The notes beneath the pieces are model-generated. The model was not told where the DNA came from. It did not search any database and saw nothing but the letters and a program-made list of their open reading frames with translations. A program made the position numbers and the translations under genes. A stretch of DNA of 36,403 nt, taken from positions 1-36,403 of the forward strand of contig JAJTIB010000012.1 in assembly GCA_021300075.1 (NCBI GenBank), given 5' to 3'. Below are positions 14,037 to 21,534 of the stretch, in pieces (the first letter of the stretch is position 1; each line of letters begins with the position of its first letter). This stretch comes from Rickettsiales bacterium. GTDB taxonomy: Bacteria; Pseudomonadota; Alphaproteobacteria; Rickettsiales; UBA3002.

Positions 14037-15662
14037 ATGCGAACACATCATCTTGGGATGATGGCGTTGCTGATGGTAGGGTTTCTAGCCACTCCTGCAC
14101 ACGCCAAAACATCCGAATACTCGCTTACGATTGAGCAGCTTCCTGTAAACATTACAGGCAAACCAATCGAAAAAATCACCGTGAATGGGAGCATACCAGC
14201 CCCCACGCTTCGCTTCACCGAAGGCGATGAAGCGGTGATCCACGTCACCAATAAAATGGATGAACCCACCTCAATCCACTGGCATGGCCTGCTACTGCCC
14301 GACGCAATGGACGGTGTAACAGGTTTTGGAGGCTATAAGGCGATAGAGCCAGGTACGACCTTTACCTACCGTTTCCCCGTAAGGCAAACTGGCACCTATT
14401 GGTATCACTCGCACACCAGCGGTCAGGAACAGGACGGGCTTTATGGCTCGATCATCACTTCGCCTAAAGGCAAAGACCCGATAGCGGCGGATCGTGATTA
14501 TGTCGTCGTGCTTTCCGATTTCTCGGAGGAGCATTCCAGTGACATCATGGCGAACCTCAAAATGTCATCGGATTACTACGCCAATGCACGACTTACGGTG
14601 GGTGATTTTTTCAAAGATGTCAGCAAGAGCAGTTTAGGCAAGGCGTGGAAGGATGCCAAAGATTGGGGCGATATGCGGATGATGCGTACCGACCTTGCTG
14701 ATGTCACGGGCTATACGTTCCTCACCAATGGCAAATCGCCAGCACAAAACTGGACGGGTATTTTTAAGCCAGGTGAGAAAGTTCGCCTTCGCTTCATTAA
14801 CGCCTCTGCCATGTCTTTCTTCGATGTACGGATTCCTGGACTGAAGATGAGCGTGGTGCAAGCCGATGGTCAGGGCATCGAGCCCGTTACAGTAGATGAG
14901 TTTCGCTTTGCACCTGCGGAAACCTACGATGTAATTGTCACGCCGAAGGATGACAAAGCCTACACCATCGCCGCCGAACCAATTGACCGCACGGGCTTTG
15001 CCATTGGCACGCTGGCAACCGCTGAAGGCATGAAAGGTGAAATCCCGCCAGCTCGTCCCCGCGCATTGCTCTCTATGGGCGATATGAACATGGAGATGAT
15101 GATGAAGGACGACCCCGATATGGAAATGACTCCTGCCGATATGATTAGCGGCTGGGCAAAAACGGGAACGCCTGAAGGTCAGAAAGCTCTTTCATACGCT
15201 GATCTGCGCTATGTAGGCGTGCAAAAAGACCAACGCCAGCCGCAGCGCAACATCGACGTGCGTTTGGGCGGTAATATGGAACGCTACATCTGGACGATTA
15301 ACGAGAAGAAATTCTCGGAGGCCGAACCCATCCGCCTGAAATATGGCGAGCGGGTGCGGCTTTCCTTCACCAACGAAACCATGATGGCGCACCCGATGCA
15401 CCTGCATGGAATGTTCGTGCAGTTGGAAAACGGCCAGCCTGCGGCGAAGCTGCCCAACAAGCACACGGTGATTGTGCCGCCTGGGGGCTCTTACTCTGTG
15501 CTGGTGACGGCGGATGAAATCGGCGAGTGGGCGTTCCACTGCCATCTGCTCTACCACATGGCCAGCGGCATGATGCGTCAGGTCGTTGTCGCAAAGCTAG
15601 ACGCAGCGGATATGCCTGCCAGCACCGAAACCAAAACTAGCGGAGGTAACCATGCACATTAA
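14037..15662 (+). CDS. pcoA: Copper-resistance multicopper oxidase (CopA/PcoA family)
   Basis: Copper-site motifs HWHGL, WYHSH, HPMHLHG and HCHLLYHMASGMM. Met-rich segment (MGDMNMEMMMKDDPDMEM). RBS AAGGA before the ATG at 14037. Confidence 0.85.
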   Translation: MRTHHLGMMALLMVGFLATPAHAKTSEYSLTIEQLPVNITGKPIEKITVNGSIPAPTLRFTEGDEAVIHVTNKMDEPTSIHWHGLLLPDAMDGVTGFGGYKAIEPGTTFTYRFPVRQTGTYWYHSHTSGQEQDGLYGSIITSPKGKDPIAADRDYVVVLSDFSEEHSSDIMANLKMSSDYYANARLTVGDFFKDVSKSSLGKAWKDAKDWGDMRMMRTDLADVTGYTFLTNGKSPAQNWTGIFKPGEKVRLRFINASAMSFFDVRIPGLKMSVVQADGQGIEPVTVDEFRFAPAETYDVIVTPKDDKAYTIAAEPIDRTGFAIGTLATAEGMKGEIPPARPRALLSMGDMNMEMMMKDDPDMEMTPADMISGWAKTGTPEGQKALSYADLRYVGVQKDQRQPQRNIDVRLGGNMERYIWTINEKKFSEAEPIRLKYGERVRLSFTNETMMAHPMHLHGMFVQLENGQPAAKLPNKHTVIVPPGGSYSVLVTADEIGEWAFHCHLLYHMASGMMRQVVVAKLDAADMPASTETKTSGGNHAH

Positions 15663-16386
15663 GCACTTACTAATGGCACTCAGCCTCACCACTGCGCTTG
15701 CACAGCCTGCATTCGCGGTGGATCATTCTGCCCACGCAGATATGGCCGCAGAGCATGGTGGCGGTATCTTCCACATGTTTCGGCTGGAAACCGATGTTGG
15801 CAGCAATACCGATGGAACGCCGCTTCAAAGCTGGGACTTAGATGGCTGGATCGGCACGGATGAAAACAAACTCTGGATAAAATCAGAGGGTGAGCGTGCC
15901 GATAACAAGCTGGAGAGTGCAGAGTTTTGGGCACTCTATAGCCGCAACATCTCGACATTTTGGGATGCACAGGCAGGTATTCGTTACGATACCAAGCCTG
16001 AATCCACCGCGTACCTGACGCTTGGGTTAAACGGCCTTGCTCCATACTGGTTTGAAACGGAAGCTCATTTATTCGTGAGTGAACATGGCGATGTCACGGC
16101 GCGGCTGCGGCAGGAAAACGACCTCCTGCTAACACAAAAACTGATTTTGCAGCCTTATGTTGAAGTCAATCTCTCGGCGCAGGATGTCCACGAGCAGGAC
16201 ATTGGCGCAGGCGTACCCGACGGCAAGATAGGTCTACAAACACGCTACGAATTCACCCGAAAATTTGCGCCGTATGTGGATGTCCACTATGGCCGAAAAT
16301 TTGGGGAAACCTCATCCATCGCTAAAAGCCATGGCGAGGATAATGACGAATTAGTCGGCTCAATAGGGCTTCGACTGATGTTTTAA
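15652..16386 (+). CDS. pcoB: Copper resistance protein B (CopB/PcoB outer membrane family)
   Basis: 244 aa with a signal peptide and beta-strand-rich, aromatic-ended repeats, ending ...GLRLMF. It is translationally coupled to the oxidase gene (GGAGG RBS inside the oxidase 3' end). Confidence 0.75.
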   Translation: MHIKHLLMALSLTTALAQPAFAVDHSAHADMAAEHGGGIFHMFRLETDVGSNTDGTPLQSWDLDGWIGTDENKLWIKSEGERADNKLESAEFWALYSRNISTFWDAQAGIRYDTKPESTAYLTLGLNGLAPYWFETEAHLFVSEHGDVTARLRQENDLLLTQKLILQPYVEVNLSAQDVHEQDIGAGVPDGKIGLQTRYEFTRKFAPYVDVHYGRKFGETSSIAKSHGEDNDELVGSIGLRLMF

Positions 16387-16412
16387 CAATCAACAACCTA
16401 AAGGAAAATCTC

Positions 16413-17069
16413 ATGAAAAAGCTATTACTGACTACCGCCATGATATTGGCAACCACACCTGTATTCGCGGCTGAATTCACCATCAAGGAAGTCACGGATT
16501 ATGATGCGAAGAAGCAAAACTTCTTCTCACCTGATAAGCTGACTATCCAGCCTGGTGATACTGTCACGTTTGAAAACGTGCAGGATGAAGCACATCAGGT
16601 GATGTTTGTGAGCGTTCCCAAGGGCGTGGATGAAATGATTATGTCACCGATGCAGGAAAAGAAAGGCGACAAGTTCACCTACACTTTCACCGTGCCTGGA
16701 ACCTATAAATATCACTGCCACCCGCATGAAGCACTCGGCATGGATGGGGTGCTGATTGTGGGTGCGCCTTCAAAAGCAGGTGAAACCAAAAATGTGGATC
16801 ACCACAAGCTGACAAAAAAACTGGAAGGTGCTGAAGCCGCAGGAGGCGTTGCTGCCACTGGCAAGGTGGTGAGCGCAGACGCAGCAAAAAACACCATCAA
16901 AATCAAGCATGACCCGATCAAGTCGCTTGGCTGGCCTGTGATGACGATGACGTTCACTGCCGATAATGGTGTTAATCTTTCTACCTACAAGGAAGGTGAT
17001 GCCGTGTCCTTCACGCTGAAACCAGCAGGCAAGGATGATTACACGATTTCTACTATCAAAAAGAACTAA
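16413..17069 (+). CDS. Cupredoxin (plastocyanin/pseudoazurin-like) fused to a CusF-like copper-binding domain
   Basis: Signal peptide. Type-1 copper motif YKYHCHPHEALGMDG with an upstream His. The C-terminal 70 aa align by eye to E. coli CusF (IKIKHDPIKSLGWPVMTMTF vs ITIHHDPIAAVNWPEMTMRF). Confidence 0.7.
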   Translation: MKKLLLTTAMILATTPVFAAEFTIKEVTDYDAKKQNFFSPDKLTIQPGDTVTFENVQDEAHQVMFVSVPKGVDEMIMSPMQEKKGDKFTYTFTVPGTYKYHCHPHEALGMDGVLIVGAPSKAGETKNVDHHKLTKKLEGAEAAGGVAATGKVVSADAAKNTIKIKHDPIKSLGWPVMTMTFTADNGVNLSTYKEGDAVSFTLKPAGKDDYTISTIKKN

Positions 17070-17092
17070 CCACCAACCAAAGGAGAATTGCT

Positions 17093-17440
17093 ATGAAGAA
17101 AATTATCGCATTAATATTTGCCACTATTATCGGCATCTTTTCAATGAGTGCTTATGCAGAAACTAGCTTACTTAAAAAAGTCGAATCGCAATATGTTTGT
17201 ATGATTAACAACAAGCTGTTCGATAAAGTTCAGATTCCTACTAGTGTAAACGGAAAGACATATTACGGCTGCTGCCCGATGTGCAAAGAGAAGTTGGAAA
17301 AGAGTTCGGAAGCACGCAGCGCAACTGATCCAGTAAGTAATAAGCGAGTCGATAAAGCCTCGGCAATAATTGGCGCAGAGGCTGATGGTACAATTCATTA
17401 TTTTGAAAACGAAACCAATCTAAAACTCTACAAAAAATAA
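17093..17440 (+). CDS. Secreted YHS/TRASH-like domain protein
   Basis: Signal peptide. C-x22-C-C-x2-C arrangement (CMINNKLF...GKTYYGCCPMCKEKL) typical of YHS-type metal-binding domains. Confidence 0.55.
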   Translation: MKKIIALIFATIIGIFSMSAYAETSLLKKVESQYVCMINNKLFDKVQIPTSVNGKTYYGCCPMCKEKLEKSSEARSATDPVSNKRVDKASAIIGAEADGTIHYFENETNLKLYKK

Positions 17441-17504
17441 TTTTACCGAGTGAATCTTCACTTTAACCTTGGATTAACCGACTAACCAACCAAAGGAGAT
17501 TGTT

Positions 17505-17894
17505 ATGTTTAAGAAATTATTGCCTATCGTTATGCTCATTTTTGTAGCCGCATGTTCTAATACGCAAGGTGGTTCAATGTCTGGCATGGATATGAAAATG
17601 CCATGTTGTGAAAAATGCGAGTGCTGTAAGGATGGGAAATGCGGTGAGTGCTGCAAATCTGGCGAATGCAAGTGCTGTAAAGAAGGCATGTGTAAAATGT
17701 GCATGGGTAAAATGGAAGGCATGTCTTCCATGAAAGAAGGAATGCAATGCCCAATGATGAAAAATGGCGCAAAAGATGGCAAGCCATGCGGATGCTGTGG
17801 GGGTATGATGAAGGACGGAATGAATATGAAGTCCTCTCCCGCACCTAAAACAACGAGTGATGCAGATCACAAAGCCCATCATCCACAACAGTAA
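17505..17894 (+). CDS. Cys/Met-rich lipoprotein (metallothionein-like, exported)
   Basis: Lipobox IFVAAC. The mature part has repeated CC-K-x-G-x-C units (CCEKCECCKDGKCGECCKSGECKCCKEGMCKMC), many Met, and a C-terminal His-containing tail. Confidence 0.65.
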   Translation: MFKKLLPIVMLIFVAACSNTQGGSMSGMDMKMPCCEKCECCKDGKCGECCKSGECKCCKEGMCKMCMGKMEGMSSMKEGMQCPMMKNGAKDGKPCGCCGGMMKDGMNMKSSPAPKTTSDADHKAHHPQQ

Positions 17895-17907
17895 CAGGAG
17901 CAACTAG

Positions 17908-18156
17908 ATGACACAGCAACATGACCATTCCAAATGTGGGCATAAAAGCCTGAACTGGTTTTACTCCCATAAAGCTGCATCCTTTGCTCTTATACTCGTA
18001 GCGGTGCTACTGGTTATAGAGCATTGGCAGCACTTGATTTATGCGCTTCCTTATCTGCTTTTGCTGTCATGCCCATTGATGCACTTATTTATGCATCATG
18101 GTCACGGCGGACATGGTACACATGCCCATAACGAAACAAAGGTAGATAAAGAATGA
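17908..18156 (+). CDS. Small membrane protein, DUF2933-like
   Basis: 82 aa with two TM segments and the motif [21 protein letters not shown] recall this pattern from DUF2933 proteins that sit next to copper ATPases. The stop overlaps the ATPase start. Confidence 0.55.
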   Translation: MTQQHDHSKCGHKSLNWFYSHKAASFALILVAVLLVIEHWQHLIYALPYLLLLSCPLMHLFMHHGHGGHGTHAHNETKVDKE

Positions 18157-20345
18157 AACACGAAGGTCACTACTGTCATCACGAACATCATGCCAGCCCT
18201 GTAGCTGTTTCACCAGAAGCAGCACAGGGCGAAGGTGTGATGTACACTTGCCCTATGCACCCGCAGGTTAGGCAACCCAAGCCTGGTAATTGCCCGATCT
18301 GCGGAATGGCATTGGAGCCAGAAAAAGTTTCACTGGATGCTGCGCCTAATCATGAACTGATAGATATGACGCGGCGGTTTTGGGTGTCGGCGATTTTGGC
18401 TGCGCCGCTGGCGTTATTCGTCATGGGCGCACATCTACTTCCGAACATTCCGCACGAATGGATGGATTCACCGCTTTCGCATTGGCTCCAAATGCTGGTG
18501 GCAACACCCGTAGTGCTGTGGGGCGGCTGGCCGTTTTTTGTGCGTGCGGTAGATTCCGTTCGTCACCGCAGCCTCAATATGTTTACACTGATCGCGCTGG
18601 GTGTCGGCGTGGCTTATATCTACAGCCTTATCCTCGTATTATTTCCGCAAGCGGTCGCACAATTCTCCGGCGGCATGATGCTGGATGTATATTTCGAGGC
18701 GGCAGCGGTTATCACAGCTCTGGTATTGCTGGGACAAGTGCTTGAGCTTAAAGCCCGCGAGCAATCCAGCAACGCGATGCGGGCATTGCTTGATCTCGCT
18801 CCGAAGATGGCGCGAATCATCCGCGCTGATGGCAAAGAAGAAGATGTGCCATTATCGGAAGTGCATAAAGGCGATGTGCTGCGTGTTCGCCCTGGAGAAA
18901 AAATACCAGTGGATGGGATTGTAATCGTTGGCCATAGCAGTGTCGATCAATCCATGCTCACTGGCGAATCCGTTCCTGTGGAAAAAAGCGCAGGCGATAA
19001 GGTGACGGGCGCAACGCTCAATGGCACGGGTGGCTTCACCATGCGTGCCGAGCGCGTGGGTAATGAAACCATGCTGGCGCAGATCGTGGATATGGTGGCC
19101 AAAGCCCAGCGCACCCGCGCACCGATTCAGCGTATGGCGGATAAGGTATCGGGCTATTTCGTACCAATTGTCGTGCTGGTGGCAATTCTTACTGCCGCTG
19201 CATGGTTTATATGGGGACCAGAACCGAAACTGGCCTATGCCATCGTTAATGCTGTAGCCGTGTTGATTATTGCCTGCCCCTGTGCGCTCGGCCTTGCTAC
19301 GCCCATGTCTATCATTGCAGGCACTGGTCGTGGCGCAATGGCAGGCGTATTGATTAAAAACGCCGAGTCGCTCGAAATCATGGAAAAGGTTGATACGCTG
19401 ATTATCGACAAAACTGGCACGCTGACCGAGGGTAAGCCGAAGCTCATGGAAGTTGTTGTCGCTTCTGGCTTTGACCAAAATGAAGCCCTGCGGTTGGTCG
19501 CCAGCCTTGAACAAAGCAGCGAACATCCACTGGCATCGGCCATTGTCAAAGGCGCACAGGAAAAAGGCATTACGCTTTCTACTGTGCAGAATTTTTCCTC
19601 TACCACTGGCAAAGGCGTACAAGGCACGGTGGGTGGTCATAATGTCGCGCTGGGAAATGCGGCAATGCTAACTTCACTTGGCATGAATGCTGATTCGCTT
19701 GTGCAAGCTGCCGATCAGCTCCGAGCTAAAGGACAAACCGCTATGTTTGCAGCGATTGATGGCAAACCAGCGGCGATTATCAGTGTTGCCGACCCGATCA
19801 AGGCCACCACCCCCGAAGCATTGAAACAGCTAAAAGCCGAAGGATTGCATATCGTGATGCTCACTGGCGACAGCAAAGCCACCGCGAAAGCAATTGCGGA
19901 GCAGCTGGGCATAGATGACTATGAAGCCGAAGTGCTGCCAGAACGCAAAAGCGAGCTGGTGCGGCAATTACAGGAAAAAGGCCGCAAGGTCGCAATGGCG
20001 GGTGATGGGGTGAATGATGCGCCTGCATTAGCGCAAGCGCATGTCGGCATTGCGATGGGAACTGGCACCGATGTCGCGATGGAAAGCGCAGGCGTTACAC
20101 TGGTGAAAGGTGATTTGATTGGCATCGTTCGCGCCCGTCGCTTGAGTCATGCCACGATGAGTAATATCAGGCAGAACCTATTCTTCGCATTCGTCTATAA
20201 TGCGCTGGGCGTGCCTGTTGCCGCTGGCTTGCTCTATCCATTCTTCGGATTGCTTCTAAGCCCCGTGATTGCCAGTGCAGCAATGGTACTGAGTTCGGTG
20301 TCGGTGATTATGAACTCGTTACGACTCAGAAAAGTTAAATTGTAA
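18153..20345 (+). CDS. copA: Cu(I)/Ag(I)-translocating P1B-type ATPase
   Basis: - Motifs CPC ([13 protein letters not shown]), DKTGT and [10 protein letters not shown].
- TM7 YN...P and TM8 [12 protein letters not shown], the P1B-1 Cu(I) signature.
- The N-terminus has a CPMHP...CPICGM metal-binding module instead of a GMTCxxC HMA domain. Confidence 0.9.
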   Translation: MKHEGHYCHHEHHASPVAVSPEAAQGEGVMYTCPMHPQVRQPKPGNCPICGMALEPEKVSLDAAPNHELIDMTRRFWVSAILAAPLALFVMGAHLLPNIPHEWMDSPLSHWLQMLVATPVVLWGGWPFFVRAVDSVRHRSLNMFTLIALGVGVAYIYSLILVLFPQAVAQFSGGMMLDVYFEAAAVITALVLLGQVLELKAREQSSNAMRALLDLAPKMARIIRADGKEEDVPLSEVHKGDVLRVRPGEKIPVDGIVIVGHSSVDQSMLTGESVPVEKSAGDKVTGATLNGTGGFTMRAERVGNETMLAQIVDMVAKAQRTRAPIQRMADKVSGYFVPIVVLVAILTAAAWFIWGPEPKLAYAIVNAVAVLIIACPCALGLATPMSIIAGTGRGAMAGVLIKNAESLEIMEKVDTLIIDKTGTLTEGKPKLMEVVVASGFDQNEALRLVASLEQSSEHPLASAIVKGAQEKGITLSTVQNFSSTTGKGVQGTVGGHNVALGNAAMLTSLGMNADSLVQAADQLRAKGQTAMFAAIDGKPAAIISVADPIKATTPEALKQLKAEGLHIVMLTGDSKATAKAIAEQLGIDDYEAEVLPERKSELVRQLQEKGRKVAMAGDGVNDAPALAQAHVGIAMGTGTDVAMESAGVTLVKGDLIGIVRARRLSHATMSNIRQNLFFAFVYNALGVPVAAGLLYPFFGLLLSPVIASAAMVLSSVSVIMNSLRLRKVKL

Positions 20346-20787
20346 TGTTTGCCTTGTAAGCTAGTGATTCCGCGTTCCTCCGTTTCACAAGCCCCTTGAG
20401 CTTGCGGCCACCAGCCCACACCCATTTCATGAGTTCGGCAGGCACATCGGCATGTTCTTCGCGGTTTACCTTACGGCGGAGCGTGGAGCGTTGAAGCGCA
20501 CCTGCGCCGAGGTTGAAGGTAAACGACACCAGCGCATCGAACTGCCCCTGCGTGAGTGGCACGCTAATCAGGCGTAGCACGGCGCGTTCTGCGACCGCCA
20601 CATCCTGACGGAGCAGATCGAGGGCTTCGTCCTCGTCTACCCCATCCAGGAATTGCTCTTTGTTGGCTTCGGTAACCAGGTGACCATAGCCAATCGTGGG
20701 ATACCCCGCTGGACACATGTAAATGATCGGCGAAAACCCCTCAAAGCGGCAAATCAGGTCAAGCCCTTGTCTGGAAATATGTCTCAT
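20335..20787 (-). CDS. Endolysin, GH24 (T4/P1-lysozyme family)
   Basis: RFEGF...[14 protein letters not shown] with an E-x8-C-x5-T catalytic spacing. The start at M33 of the tracked ORF overlaps the holin stop (ATGA). Confidence 0.8.
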   Translation of the reverse strand: MRHISRQGLDLICRFEGFSPIIYMCPAGYPTIGYGHLVTEANKEQFLDGVDEDEALDLLRQDVAVAERAVLRLISVPLTQGQFDALVSFTFNLGAGALQRSTLRRKVNREEHADVPAELMKWVWAGGRKLKGLVKRRNAESLAYKANITI

Positions 20788-21209
20788 TTTCCGCTCCGCA
20801 ATTTGCTCATGGCGCGTTGGCCGAAATAAAAGCTGATGATGCCTGCGAAAATTGCCTGGTCTTCCGTTGTCCATAGCAACCACGGAAGATCTGCAGAAAA
20901 CTGCATCACCTTCACCAGCGCATAGAGAATGAAGAAGCTGTATGCGATGACGGGGCGCACCGTGCCGTTGAGCGCATCCACCCAGCGAATGCCCGTGTTG
21001 TACGTCCGATAAAGGGCTTGGGATTCGGCGATGTCAGCGTTCACCTGGATTTCTTCCAAACGCTGGGAAGCCCCGAGCTTCTGCTGCTCCATCTGCATCT
21101 CTAAGATTTTAAGCTCGTGCTTGCGATCCTGCTCGTCGCGGAACAGTTTTAAGAAATCAGGAAAGGCTGCCGACAGGAAGCCGAGTAAAGAACCGAGTAG
21201 CGTAATCAT
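20784..21209 (-). CDS. Holin, 3-TM type (GTA-type holin family)
   Basis: Start at MITLLGS..., preceded by GGAGG. It has an N-terminal TM, a charged coiled segment and two C-terminal TMs. Its position is immediately upstream of the endolysin. Confidence 0.65.
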   Translation of the reverse strand: MITLLGSLLGFLSAAFPDFLKLFRDEQDRKHELKILEMQMEQQKLGASQRLEEIQVNADIAESQALYRTYNTGIRWVDALNGTVRPVIAYSFFILYALVKVMQFSADLPWLLWTTEDQAIFAGIISFYFGQRAMSKLRSGK

Positions 21210-21220
21210 AAGAACCTCCA

Positions 21221-21448
21221 TTATTTCCAAGAAAGATGACCAGCGGCGAAGCTGAGAAAGGCCACCAAGCCCGTCCATAGGCCGCCGACTATCAGGAGGG
21301 TGCGAAGGCTCCCTTTGCCCTGATTTGCCAGTGCTGTGAGGGATTTGACTTCCTCGGCCAGCACATCGACTGTTTTGGTGAGTGTTTGGATCTGCGCGTT
21401 CATCACAGCCAGCTGTGAGCGCACATCAATATCGTCGGGTGGTGACAT
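21221..21448 (-). CDS. Small lysis-cassette membrane protein (coiled N-terminus, C-terminal TM)
   Basis: 75 aa. AAGGAGG RBS. C-terminal TM LLIVGGLWTGLVAFLSFAAG. Its role (holin partner, antiholin or other) is unknown. Confidence 0.5.
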   Translation of the reverse strand: MSPPDDIDVRSQLAVMNAQIQTLTKTVDVLAEEVKSLTALANQGKGSLRTLLIVGGLWTGLVAFLSFAAGHLSWK

Positions 21449-21472
21449 GGTTCCTCCTTAGGTTTTGGACAT

Positions 21473-21509
21473 AAAAAAACCGCCTCCCAATCCTGATTTT
21501 GGGGGCGGT
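21473..21509 (-). terminator. Rho-independent terminator between the distal tail gene and the lysis cassette
   Basis: The minus-strand RNA reads CCGCCCCCAA-loop-TTGGGAGGCGG followed by TTTTTTT: about 10 bp of GC-rich stem with one bulge, then a U7 tract. Confidence 0.7.
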
Positions 21510-21534
21510 GGTTGGTTGCGGGTTGAAGGGTTGG

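Larger units (their letters stand above)
5855..20345 (+). other. Heavy-metal (divalent cation + copper) resistance island, cargo inside the prophage
   Basis: Fifteen co-directional plus-strand genes with metal efflux, oxidation or binding signatures, sitting between the phage immunity module and the lysis cassette. No mobility or regulatory gene lies inside. Confidence 0.8.

Noticed and set aside
17474-17903. Minus-strand ORFs of 102, 95 and 109 aa rich in His/Phe/Ala
   Set aside because: They are mirror images of the repetitive Cys/Lys/Gly codons (TGC/AAG/GGC) of the plus-strand lipoprotein gene. That gene has a lipobox and an RBS; these ORFs have neither.
18852-19640. 262-aa and 130-aa minus-strand ORFs
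   Set aside because: They are antisense to the P1B-ATPase gene, whose CPC and DKTGT motifs span this region.
20788-20883. N-terminal extensions of tracked ORFs: endolysin 20788-20883, fibre 24787-24867, tape measure 32611-32679, MCO 13989-14036, 13514-13582, 11998-12030, 12404-12430, hub 29814-29846, holin 21210-21278
   Set aside because: In each case an internal Met has a better RBS, or abuts the upstream stop, or begins a clean signal peptide or family-typical N-terminus. The extensions would overlap the preceding genes.
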